Positions 16,367-30,016 of a stretch of 64,000 nucleotides of DNA are shown piece after piece. Each line of letters opens with the position of its first letter. The first letter of the stretch is position 1. The position numbers were made by a program, and so were the translations under genes. Under the pieces are notes generated by a model. That model was not told where the DNA came from and made no database searches. It was given only the letters and a program-made list of their open reading frames with translations. The stretch comes from the human T2T-CHM13v2.0 reference genome, Homo sapiens: the NCBI RefSeq assembly GCF_009914755.1, contig NC_060926.1; one strand, written 5' to 3'.

Positions 16367-17169
16367 GTTGGGTAACATATATGTGCAACCTAGAAATGTG
16401 GGGTGTCAATGTCCTGTGGGGTAAACTCTGAACCAATGAGAATTGGGAGACAATGGTTAAATGCTTCCCCCTCTCTACTCCCAGATTTCATAGGTTCCCA
16501 TATAGTCCTGTAGGGTTGAACAACCAGTCACATATAGTGGTGACTAATTGAATAACTCACCCTTGACTTGGCTTTCCCTTCGTCCAGGTTTTGTGTCACC
16601 TTGCTACAACTACTGCCTCCTGGATTCACTCCCCAATAAAGTATTCATATAGACATCTTTGTTTCCCACTTTGCTTTCTGAGGAACCCAAGCTAAGACAC
16701 TGTATGTTTACTTCTAATTTTCATTAATTACAAGTTTATATACATTGTTCGGATATTGGAGGTTCCAAAGTGTTCACCACCCCAACCTCCCACACTTTTG
16801 CCAGCAATTAGACAGTCACATTCTTTAGATCTTCCTTGAACAAGCCTAGGGGGCTTCAGGGAATGTGTAGGAGGGCTAATGAGAAGATGTTGACCTGATT
16901 TGAGACTAAATTTTATTTTACCTTCCTATCTATCTGAATCCAAAGCCTCCTCTGTCAGTCATCAACAGAGCCCTTGCTATCGCCTACCCCGAACCTCTTT
17001 CTTCTTAGACAAATAGCAATCCCAGCAATAAGGATGTACTCTGTAACTCTTGGATAATTTTCCAAAGATGGAATGGACTAACTAGGGAAGCAAGGAGTTC
17101 CTCATCACTGAAGAGGAGTTAAGGAAGCTGGGTGATCATTTGTGAACTATGTACGAATTAAGTAAGTAA

Positions 17170-17390
17170 ATAAAAATCATAGCTATCATTTATTTAGTGC
17201 TAGGCACAATGTTAAATATCTTAAGTATACTAGCTCAAGTCCTCACAATAACCCTCCACACTATTTTCTTCATTTTTTCAGCTGAGGGAATTGAGACTCT
17301 GGGAGGTTAAGTAACTTGTTTAAGGTCTGTGACTAGGAAATGACAAGGCCAACCCAGTTTGTCCTGCTTCCAAGCCTATTCTCTTCTTGC
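17170..17390 (-). mobile_element. MIR SINE
   Basis: cctcacaataaccct...cattttt cagctgagggaattgagactctgggaggttaagtaacttg. Confidence 0.75.
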
Positions 17391-18140
17391 AAGTACACAT
17401 GACATTTTAACTATGGGCTAGGGGATTAAATCAACTTGACCTTAAGATCTCTTCTATTTCAGAGACTCTACAAGTCTACTAACTTCTGCAACAAAGCACA
17501 GTAGCAAAAGGAGATGATATAATACTGTGTGAGGTTTCCTTCCCACCTGTTTTTCTTCATTTAAAATTGAAAAGATTAACACATCATAACTTTTCAAACA
17601 AACAAGTGAGTGTAGTGGTTTTCACACTCAAATCAAACCCAAGGTTGTTTTCTGATTCCAGACAGGTTTTTGCAGAATGTAGTCATTTATAAATTAGGTG
17701 AGGCTTGTGCTTGACTATTCTGGATGGAGTGGAGAAAATGAGCCATGAAGGTCTGTGGGAGTGTGGAGGTCGTGCTGGGGGAGGTATAGGTGATGTTTAC
17801 AAGGACAACTACCACAGTCAGAGATATCCTACACCTGGGTGACCTCTGGGTGTTTGGGAAGGATTATAAGTACTAAATATAATATAAAAGGAAAAAAGGG
17901 GGGCAAGGGAGTTGGGTTTGGCGTAAGAGCTTATGATCTGACTCAGAGAGACCTGAAAACATTCGAGAGAAGGGGAGGAAGGTGTGTGCTTTGGGAGGAT
18001 ATGAGTGCACACACATAGGACAGTACATCTGTCACTTTGAGAGTGTACTGGAACATTTGCATACCCTAAATAAGGACGTGAGTGTTACTTGGGCTTTTCT
18101 AAGGCCTAAAATGTGCTAAGTGAAAACACCGACCTTGTGC

Positions 18141-19540
18141 TTTTTTTTTCTTTTTATTTTGACCTCTGAAATTTTTATTGGCCTCCTGTTCCCCAAAGGG
18201 CACCCTGCTTCTGTTGGCTTAATGTCTCAGAACTTTGGTGTCATTGGTCTCAGACACCACTTTGCCATCCACTGTTGGCAGGTGGGAGTCTTTTGGATGG
18301 TTTGCGTGGAGTTGCTGCTGTCCAGAGCATCACCAAAATTGAAGTCCTCGCCATCTTCCAGCAGGCGGCGGTAGGTGGCGATCTCAGCCTCCAGCTTGAC
18401 CTTGATGTTTGGCAGGGCCTGGTACTCCTGGGCCTGGCCCTGTCCCTCTGCCCAGGTCTGTGCCAGCTCTGACTCCAGGTGCAGCAGGATCCCATTGAGT
18501 TGTTCCATCTGCAGGGTGTAGCAGGCCTCCACCCCCCCTTCAGGCTGTTCTCCAAGCTGGCCTCCAGATTTTTCATCCAGTCCAGGTCGATCTCCAAGGC
18601 CTGGACTGTATGTCTCAGCTCTGTGAGCATCATCACAGCAGCTCCAACCTCAGCGGACTGGGTGGTGACCACTGTGGTGCTCTCCTCAATCTGCTGAGAC
18701 CAGTACTTATCTAGCCCCTCTCAGTTCTTCTGAGTCAGCTTGTTGTATTGGGCCTGGATGTCTGCCATGATCTTGGCGAGGTCCTGAGATTTGGGGGCAT
18801 CTACCTCCATGGTCAACAGAGCTGGCAATCTGGGCTTGTAGGCCTTTTACTTCCTCTTCGTGGTTCTTCTTCAGGAAGAGCAGCTCCTCCTTGAGAGCCT
18901 CGATCTCTGTCTCTAGCTGCAGCTGAGTGACACTGGTGTCATCAATGACCTTGTGGAGCCCATGGATGTCGTTCTCCACAGACTGGCACGTGGCCGGCTC
19001 TGTCTCATACTTGACTCTAAAGTCATCAGCAGCAAGATGGGCATTGTCGATCTGCAGAATGATGCAGGTATTGTCCACAGTACTTGTGAAGATCTGAGTC
19101 AGGTCCTCCTCGATGGTCTTGAAGTAGTGGCCCCAGTCTCTGACCTGGGGTCCCTTCTTCTCCAGGTGCTCCCAGATTTTGCTCTCCAGCTTCCAGTTTC
19201 CCATCTCCAGGCTCCTCACTCTGTCCAGGTAGGAGGCCAGGCGGTCATTCAGGCTTTGCATGGTCTCCTTCTCGTTCTGGATGCCTCCCATTCCTGCCAG
19301 ACCCCCGGCCATACCTGCGGCCATGCTCCTGGACCCCAAGCCACCCTGGAAGCTGGTGGAGCGGGACATGGAGATCCGGGAACCTGAGCTCCCAGGGCCT
19401 GCATAGACGCTGGCCACACTTCTGACCAGTGGGCGCGGTAGCTGGGCGCCTGGACAGAACCAAGTTGGTGGGGAAACAAGTGGTGAAGCGCATACTGTGC
19501 CGGCAGGGGGTAGAGTGACAGGACAGATCAGGCTTGGCTG
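18141..19540 (-). pseudogene. KRT18P: Processed keratin-18 pseudogene (intronless, frameshifted)
   Basis: Peptides [50 protein letters not shown]; CDS remnant ATG 19493 to TAA 18219; AATAAA (complement at 18174-18179) and poly(A) remnant 18141-18160; several frameshifts. Confidence 0.97.
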
Positions 19541-19738
19541 AAGGCTCTGTTGTTGGTTGTTTTGAGATGGAGTTTCACTCCTACGGTTCAGTTTCCTTAT
19601 CTGTGAAATTAGAACAATATTGTCTACCTCAGAGTGCTATCATAAAGACCAACAGTGAAAGCAGAGTTCGCTTAATGGTTCTGGCATGTGAAATTAAAAA
19701 TTCCACAATAATGTTCTCAAGGACAAAAGGTTTAATCT

Positions 19739-19741
<3 letters not shown>

Positions 19742-19771
<30 letters not shown>
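19742..19771. repeat. (TG)n microsatellite
   Basis: Direct reading. Confidence 0.97.
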
Positions 19772-19774
<3 letters not shown>

Positions 19775-19889
19775 TATAGCCACATCAAGCATGATATCGT
19801 TAGACTACTAGACTTTGATGAGTCAAGAAACATAATTTTTAGGTCAAGCTATTGGATTCAAGGAGATATTTTCATAGTGTGAGTCTTAA

Positions 19890-20381
<492 letters not shown>

Positions 20382-20636
20382 TAGGAGACATTTGCAGATA
20401 ATGTTCCAGAACATATTTCTCCATAGGAGCTTTGCATTTCCTGATATTTCAGAATTTGCATGGATCTATGTAGTAATGAGTTAGGAGCACAATGAGCTAC
20501 ACCAATAGATGTGTAGTTAACGAAGCATGTGGTTGAAATAGAAAGTGTAATTTAAAATGGAATTACTAGCACCAGAGGAATTTGAATGCTTTGTTGTTGG
20601 TCTGTTGTGTTAGGCCTGATTCAAGAATCAACATAT

Positions 20637-20983
<347 letters not shown>

Positions 20984-21103
20984 TCATGAGAGAAGACTAC
21001 AGTTGGGACTAGAATTCTAAGAATTTCATTAACACTTTATTCTTAAAGATTTCATTCAGATGAGTATAAAATACAGCTCTACTTTAGTAACAAATTCCTC
21101 CAT

Positions 21104-21564
21104 AGAAATTGACCCAATAGTCCCATAGACAGGTTTTTTTGTTGTTGTTGTCGATAAACATAGCAATTAACCCTTCTGGTCTTAAAGCTTAAAACTTAAC
21201 ATTTGTTTTATCTGAGTTCCTAACTTAGGAAACAACCCTTAGGATTCTGAAAAAATATCAAATAACTGAAACTCACCAGATTATCCATCTAGACAATGAG
21301 GTGCCAGACCCCTCACTTGTCATAATTGCTTCCTTACCTCTCAGTAGTTCCTGTTTTCCCACACAAAGGTACATTTCTTCCCTGCTAGGTAAACCCCTAA
21401 TTTCAGTTGGTCAAGGAAATGGATTTGAGACTGCTCTTCCACCTTCTCAGCTGCAGCACCTGATTAAAGCCTTCTTCCCTGGCAGTAATTGGCATCTCAG
21501 CAATTGGCTTTCTGTGCAGCAAGCAGCAGGACGTAGACCACAGACCCTTGGAGTTTTGGTAATA
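21104..21564 (+). mobile_element. ERV solo LTR (LTR47-like)
   Basis: gaaattgacccaatagtcccatagacag...acccttctggtcttaaagctt...gattaaagccttcttcc...ttttggtaata. Confidence 0.7.
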
Positions 21565-22684
21565 GCATCACAAGAAGTTTGGTAGGTTGTCCATGACTGG
21601 TACAGGAGCTGAATCACATGATCAAAGCCCAGGCTTTTTCTTTCTTCAGATGCCACCATTTTAGGGTTTGGCTATTGTCTTCAAACTTGCAAGGCATCTG
21701 CTTCATTTCAGGAATCATATCTATGTGCAATTTGGGAAGAAAGGTAAAGGGTCAAAAGCCTTCATGAGCTTTTCTTTTTTTCTTAAAAGTGTTATTATTT
21801 TTTGGCAAAATACACCATCCATAAAAAGAGTTCAAATAATAAATGTATAATATGTGTCCACACATATATATGTGGTTCAAAGTATGATGATGTAATGAAA
21901 ACCTGTATCCACCTGTCCTAGAATAAGAAATAGAAAATATTTATTTTCTATTGCATGGAAGATTGCCTACATGGGAAGCTCCTTGCATCCCTCCTCTATT
22001 CCATCTCCCTCTCTCCTTATCAGAGATAAACATTGATTTGTGTTTTTATCATTTTCTTGCTTTTCTTTAATTTTAACATATATGTATGCATTTTAAAGCG
22101 ATATGTTTTTTAGTTTTGCATGTTTTGACCTTTATGTAGAATCATATTCTATGTTTTCTTCTGCAACTTGCTTTTTTGCTCAGTATTAGATTTGAGATAG
22201 TTATCCATACTGATGCTATTCATTTCCACTCTCACAGTTTTTCCATTGTTTGAACATATCCTTCCAATTTTAGTTGTTTTCCTTTTCTTTTTCTTTTCTA
22301 TTTTAAGGAATCAGGCTATTATATATCTCCTTGTGCATGAGTGGAAGATTTTCTTTAAAGGACATATATCTAGGAATGGAATTGCTGCATTTTAGGTTGT
22401 GTTAAATTTCAACTTTTCTAGATAATGGAAAATTGTTTTCCAGTTATTGTGTCAATCCTCTTTACCATTAGCAATGTTTAGGATTATCTGAAACTGTAAA
22501 ACTCCTAGAAGAACACATAAAAGAACAGCTTGTTGACGTTGGTCTTGGTGTTGATTTCTTGGACATGACTCCAAAAGCATAGGCAACAAAAGCAAAAACA
22601 GACAAGTGGGACTACATCAAGTTAAAATCTTCACAGTAAAGGAAACAACAGAATGAAAAGGTAACAAAAAGAATGAGAGAAAAT

Positions 22685-22995
22685 TTTTTTTTTTTAATTT
22701 TACTTTAAGTTTTAGGGTGCATGTGCACATTGTGCAGGTTAGTTACATATGTATACATGTGCCATGCTGGTGTGCTGCACCCACTAACTCGTCATCTAGC
22801 TTTAGGTATATCTCCCAATGCTAACCCTCCCCCCTCCCCCCACCCCACCACAGTCCCCAGAGTGTGATATTCCCCTTCCTGTGTCCATGTGATCTCATTG
22901 TTCAATTCCCACCTATGAGTGAGAATATGCGGTGTTTGGTTTTTTGTTCTTGCGATAGTTTACTGAGAATGATGATTTCCAATTTCATCCATGTC
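22685..22995 (-). mobile_element. Young 5'-truncated L1 (L1PA2-like) 3' UTR with TSD
   Basis: Near-consensus L1PA 3' end; ccactaactcgtcatctagc (GAG, not the Ta-type ACA); TSD agagaaaat at 22676-22684 and 22996-23004. Confidence 0.92.
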
Positions 22996-23012
22996 AGAGA
23001 AAATATTTTTAA

Positions 23013-23359
<347 letters not shown>

Positions 23360-24153
23360 AGAAACTCTTACAACTCAATAACAACAAAAAATAGGCAAAA
23401 GATTTGAGCAGACATTTATTTAAAGAAGACATGCAAATTGCCAACAAATATATGAAAAGATGGTCAACATCATTAATTATGAGGGAAATACAAATCAAAA
23501 CTACAATGAGATATCACTTCATACCTGTAAGAATGGTTATTATAAAAAAAATTGTTGATGGGAATATCAAATGGTGCAGCCACTATAGAAAACAGTATGG
23601 AGAATCCTTCAAACATTAAAAATAGAACCATATGATCCAGCAATCCTACTTCTGGGTTTACATCCAAAATAATTGAAATCAAGATCTTGAAGCGATCATA
23701 GCACTCCCACTTTCATTGCAGTTTTTTTTCCCACCATAACCAGGATACAACCAGGATAACCAGAAGCAACACAAATATCCATGAACAGATGAACGGATGA
23801 AGGAAATGTGGTATGTACATACCATGGAATACAGTTCAGCCTTAAAAAAAGAAGGAAATCCTGTCATTTGTGACACGGTTCAACCTGGAGGACAGTACGT
23901 TAAGTGAAATAAACCAGTCACAGAAGGACAAATCCTACATGATTCTAGCTGTATAAGGTATTTGTAATAGTCAAACTCATAGAAGCAGAGAATACAATAG
24001 TGGTTTAGGGACTAGGGCATGGGAGAAGTGGGGAGCTGTTGTCAAAGTGTATAAAGTTTTGGTTATGCTAGACAAGTAAGTTCTAGAGATCTGCACAATA
24101 TGGTGCCTATAGTTAACAATACAGTCTTGCGCACTTAAAAATTGGTTAAAAGG

Positions 24154-24467
24154 GGCCGGGCGTGGTGGCTCACGCCTGTAATCTCAGCACTTTGGAAGGC
24201 CGAGGCGGGCAGATCATGAGGTCAGGAGAGGGAGACCATCCTGGCTAATATGGTGAAAACCCGTCTGTACTAAAAATACAAAAAATTAGCTGGGCATGGT
24301 GGCGGGCACCTGTAGCCCCAGCTACTCAGGAGGCTGAGGCAGAAGAATGGCGTGAACCTGGGAGGCGGAGCTTGCAGTGAGCCGAGGTTGCTGCCACTGC
24401 ACTCCATCCTGGGCGACAGAGAGACTCCGTCTCAAAAAACAAACAAACAAACAAACAAACAAAAAAC
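24154..24467 (+). mobile_element. AluY-like with (AAAC)n tail
   Basis: gaatggcgtgaacc...ggcggagcttgcagtgag. Confidence 0.95.
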
Positions 24468-24784
24468 AATTGGTGAAGACGATAGATCTCAAGTGTTTGT
24501 ACTGCTAAAACCAAAACAAAACAAAACGAATAAACAAAACAAAAAAACAAAGGGGCACAAGAAAACTTTGGGCAAGTGTTTGATATGTCTATTATCTTAA
24601 TTGTGATGATATCACAGGTGTTTGTATTTATTTAAACCCATCAACTTGCCTACATTAAATATGTCTGGTTCTTTGTATATCAATTATACCTCAATAGAGT
24701 TGTTAAAGATTTCCTTTTCCCCACATCATTGCCAACATGACTCATTTAATTTTTATTAGCCTGATGGGTATAAAACAGTATCTC

Positions 24785-25089
<305 letters not shown>

Positions 25090-26215
25090 TTACAAATCAG
25101 GTTGAGTACATTTTATGTTTTTTGGCTATTTATGTTTTCTCTTATGTAAAATTCCAGTATAAGCCTTCTATCCATTTTTTTCTGTGCTTTTTTTTTCTCC
25201 CTATTTTTCCTCTACTTTAAGGAGTTCTTCATATTTTCTGAATTCTGGTTCTTTGTTATTTATGTGTTACAAGCGCATATTTCCATTTTGTGTTTTATCT
25301 TTACATGACCTTTACGATGTCGTCTTGGCTGAGATAAAATTGATAATTTCTGCTTGAAGTGTTTTCCTTTTAAGTTTGTGTGTTTGGGTTCCATTTTTAA
25401 AAATCTCTTACCTGAGATCATAAACATATTTTCTCTAAAGGTTTTTAAGTTTGTCTTTCACATATAAGTCCACAATGTATTTGAAATTGATTTTTTTGAA
25501 GATAGTATGAAGTTGGGATACACTTTTATTTTTTCAATGTAGATCTTCATTTGTTCCACCATTTTACTGATGTGTAATGCCACCCACATGTGGATGTGGG
25601 TCTATTTATGGACTCTCTATTTTGTTTCAGTTAACTCTATTTTGTTGACCTAAAATTGACTTCCCCTGATAACTATGGCTCTATAATAAATCTTGCTTTC
25701 TGATGGTCCTCTTCAGGAGTACCTTGGCTATTTGTTTTATGTAAATTTTAGAGTTAACTTACCAAGTTCTGTGAAAAATCTTATTGGTATTAGGATTGGA
25801 ATTTCATTAACTTTAAAGGTCAATTTGGGGAGAAAGTATTTATGTACTTACATATATTTATACATTAAATTTTCACATCTAAATACATAGCATACTGCTG
25901 CATATATTTAGTGTTCTAAAACTATACCACTTTAAAAAGAATTAAAATAAGGTATCTAGGAATAAATTTGGAAAATATATGCAATAACTTCAAGAAGAAA
26001 GTTTAAAAAACCTTATTGAAGATACATTTCTTAATATTTTGTTTATGTTGTACCGTAACACAACTGACTTTTATATATTGATTTTATATCTAACATTCTT
26101 GCCAAACCCTCTTTTTAATTATGATAGTTTTTCGGCATATTCTTTTGGATTTTTTTTTTGTAGATGAGCTTTTCCAGTGAAGTATGTTCACTTCGGGTCC
26201 TATTTGCTAAGTATT

Positions 26216-26870
26216 TTTTTTTAAATACTGAGTTTTATTTCACGTGTATATTTTTGTCTCCCCACCATTTCCATGTCTGACCACTGCTACTACTATGTCC
26301 TATCATAACATTCCATACCAAGCAAAGTGTGGAGTTCCATCTTTAAAAACTAAACAGGCATTTTGGGCAACATATTCTTGGCAATGGAACTTGGACAACA
26401 TTTATCAAACATGGTAGGGAAAGTTCTTACTCTGCATTATAAAAAGGACAGCCAGATATCATCTGTTACAGAAATGAAATAAGACGGAAAATTTTTAACA
26501 AATTGTTTAAACTATTTTCTTAAAAAGACTTCCTCCATTGCCAGAGATCTTGAGTAGCCTCCTGCTCAGTCATCTGGAAGTAATTCTTCACATAATTGAT
26601 GAACTTGGCTTCCACTTTGGGAAGAGAACCACCTTTTTCTATACTTACTTGCATTTTTGCTATAATGTCTTCTACAGAACTAGGTCCTTTTGGTGTTTTG
26701 GGAGTTTTTTCTTGTTTTTTGAAGGATTCTTGTCCTTTTGATCTTGGTGTTGATGATGGTTTTGAGCCTTTTCCATTCTGATTTGACTTTTGTGCATCTT
26801 TGGCTCGAGTATCTCATATAGATTACTCGTGCTTTTCTTCAGCTTCCTCATCATCAAAATCATTATCATT

Positions 26871-26903
<33 letters not shown>

Positions 26904-27482
26904 TTCATCAGCAGCAAGTTTTCCTTTTTTCTGTGGAACCTTGCTACCACCTCCAGAGGCAGACCGCTTTCCAGATATGCTTAAGAGGTTCACATCCTCC
27001 TCCTCTTCATCTTCTGACTCTGCATCTTCCTCCACAGCTACTAAGCACTGTCTACTAATATGCACTGGCCCTGAACCACACTTCAACTGTAAGACCACTG
27101 GTGGTGTGATTTCAAAGCCCCCAAGGGAAGCAGTTGGCTGTACAGACATTTTCAAAGTTGCCAGTGTGACTTTAATTGGACTGCCTTCATCATTCATGGC
27201 CTCTGCTTCAACAATGTGCAATTCATCCCTTGCACCAGCCCCTAAACTGACTATTCTTAAAGATAACTGGTCTCATTTTCATCATTATCCACCTTAAAGT
27301 GATCATCTTTGTCGGCCTTTAGTTCACAACCGAAAAGATAGTTCTGGGGCCTCAGGAGGCTCATGTCCATGTCCATCAAATCTTCCATCGCGTGGCAGCA
27401 TGCACTTAGATGGGAGAAAAGGCAGATGGAGATAAACAACCGCTGCTCAAGAGAACAGCCACGCAGGATGGAATCACACCAG
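26216..27482 (-). pseudogene. NPM1P: Processed nucleophosmin pseudogene (5' UTR, CDS and 3' UTR; intronless)
   Basis: Peptides [51 protein letters not shown], acidic tracts; ATG 27388, stop 26520; TSD tttgctaag(t/c)att at 26203-26215 and 27483-27495; frameshifts and premature stop. Confidence 0.97.
26850..26910. repeat. (TCA)n trinucleotide tract (Asp codons of the NPM1 acidic stretch)
   Basis: Uninterrupted tca run at ~26872-26903. Confidence 0.9.
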
Positions 27483-27599
27483 TTTGCTAAGCATTCTTTA
27501 AAAATAACAATGAACATTGGACTAAAACAAGTATTTTTTCATCTTTTTATTTTAAAAGCTAATCTTATGGCTTTTCTAATTTTAATCTATTAATATGGT

Positions 27600-27830
27600 T
27601 GTGATGGCCATGCAAACACGTTAATCAGACATCCTGATGCAGGGAACACAATTGCCTGATGACCCCGGCTGCTATCCTACTGGATAGCACTGTGTTCACA
27701 CTGAGGCCAAACTTCCTGTGGGCTGCTTCCAGCCATTGGTGAACCAGGGTGAAAGTACTCATGCAGGACTATTTCCACAAGACACAGGACTCCCTCGTGG
27801 GCAACTTTGGCTTGCGAACTCCACATTGGC
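27600..27830 (+). mobile_element. ERVL LTR fragment (LTR33-like)
   Basis: tgtgatggccatg...cagacatcctgatgcaggga...gaccccggctgct. Confidence 0.5.
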
Positions 27831-29069
27831 ATGTTTAATGTGCTATTATTTATTGTCAGGTATATATTTAAGTTTCTTTATTCTTACGCACCGAATAGCA
27901 CCACTGGACTTTTGTTGGAAGTCTCAATCTCCCAAAATAAACACTTTATGTGTTTTCTCTTTTAAAAAACAGATTTATTGATGATTCAATCCTCCAGGAT
28001 ACAGAGGATAAAATGAGAAGAACCATATCTCTGAAATAATTGATCAGCAATGAATAGATAGTTGCTGTGAAAGTTAAGCCAACATTGGGGGAAAAAGTGA
28101 TTATACCAATTTTACAGGCCATTGAATAGTCAATGAGGCCAACATTGGGTTTGTCCTATATATGAAAACTCATTTCACAATGTTTTTTGGGGTTTTCTTA
28201 TGACCAGAGACTCCAAAAGGATTGATGATACAAAGTGATGGGCATTTCTTAAAATGAAATCTTGAGAATGTGTTGAAAATGATTATAGTGAGGAAGAAGC
28301 GGAAACAACGAACAGAGACAGCGAAGTGGTAGAGGAGTTTGCTGGCGAGCGCAGAGTTTAAAAGGACACACCCAAGCAATGGAAGGTGAGAAAGCAGCCA
28401 AATGTCACTGGGTCATCAGTTCTTATATTTTTTTCTCATGATGTTTTCTCTTTTCCAATTATCCCTGTTTGAGAAAGAAAGCGACCCTAAGCTTCCTTGT
28501 CTTGGAAGAGATTTGTAGTGTGGTAAAATATCTAAGACTTTCTATCTTTTGTTTCCAAGAATTTGAGGCTTCCTTAAGCAAAAAGGAAGACAGCTTTCTT
28601 GGGTAGGGGCAGAGTGTCTAGGGAGCACAGGACTTTCCCAGGTTAGAAAGAGATTGTCCGTAGGACGGTCGGAGGAAGAGTGGTCTGTAGGGTCCTTGAG
28701 TCGAGGTCACCTGTGCACTGCACTCTGGCTGTGCTTGTTCAAAGCCATATCCCGTGATTTTCTAGCACAGACTTTACCACTAGGCAAAAGCTCATAAGTA
28801 TTTTTTAAATGTGTGAGCGTCTGAAACATGGAATGCAATGACTCGTGAGGAATTCTAAGGATAACACAAAGAACTTTTGAAGAGCTTCCTAATAGGAGAA
28901 AAAGGAAGGAGAGCCTACTATTTGGCCAGGTTGGTATATCAGATGACACTAAAAAGAGAGAGTCACTCAATTCTGATTTTATTTCCCTGTTTTTTAGAAC
29001 CGGGGCATGTGAAATAAACTAACCTCTCAACTGAGGCATGTGAAGTAAACATGGCTAAGAGGATTCCTC

Positions 29070-30016
29070 AGGCTAAGGGCGCTGGTTCGTCTTCATCTCT
29101 ACCCTTCTCTGTGTCACACGGGCTCTCTTGCTAATTGCCTTCTTGTTGGGTTTGGCCAGTGGGAAGCACTGGTGGACAGTTCGGAGCTGGGTGAGAGAGA
29201 AGCTGGGGTGTTTCTTCCTAGCACCCTCCCCGGCTTTGGTGTCTCATTCCTTCACACCAATGGACCCTCCTGTTCCAGTTTGTTTGCAGACAGTTCTAGC
29301 AACAACACTTCCTTCTCTTGCCCTTTGGGCTTAAGGGGCTGTGCTGGCTATTCTTTGCTCTTCTGAATCCACTCACCCCCATCCTCCAGCTTGCTCTGTC
29401 CCCAGGTGGCTCTCCTGTATGGACTTCACTAAAAGCTTCCCTTTCCTCTGGCATCCAAGTGGGCTCGGCCAATAAGAGGCATTAGCTGGATTTCAGAGTG
29501 AGGAGGGTGAGATTGGGGCATTCACTCCCCTGTCCTCATATACCTCTGACACCCCCTCCCCAACAATGCTGGGTTGGCTGTGGACAGTGGGCCTCTACGA
29601 AAGGCCACACAGTGCTGCTGTCAGGGCTGTCCTATACTACAATCTCTGTGGATTCTAACAATAGTTTCCTCCACTTATTCATTCAGACCCAGGGATATTC
29701 ACTTCCCCTGTCCTTACTAGCCCCCAAGATATTGAATCATCACTTCTTGTATATCTTAAACACTGCCCACAGCTTTGTAAGTGGTCCCTTCCCTCAATTA
29801 CCTAGTTTAAGTGGGTCATCTAGTTCTTTCTGCCACCCTGACTCATTCAGAGTCTTAACCAGCTTTCCATTATCTCTGGGGGCTGCACCATCCCTGTCTG
29901 TTTCCTTAACTCTGCCCACATCCCTGTAAGTTGTCCTTCTATTAAAGTCTCTTCACATTATCCCTCTGGGGGGTGAGGAGGGGATTCTATGTCCTGCCGG
30001 GACCCTGAGCGATACA
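29070..30016 (+). mobile_element. Old ERVL LTRs (LTR41/LTR33-like), probably nested
   Basis: gttgggtttggccagtgggaagcactgg; two LTR-like ends ...ccctgactcattca (~29850) and attaaagtctc...cctgccgggaccctgagcgataca (30016). Confidence 0.55.

Larger units (their letters stand above)
15337..16699 (+). mobile_element. ERVL LTR (LTR16-like) split by nested MaLR LTRs
   Basis: 3' part 16372-16699 ends ...ccccaataaa...gctttctgaggaacccaagctaagaca; the 5' part (~15337-15545) is tentative. Confidence 0.55.

Noticed and set aside
26672-27297. Poly-Met, poly-Ile and poly-Ser ORFs
   Set aside because: Alternative frames and strands of the NPM1 pseudogene GAT repeat
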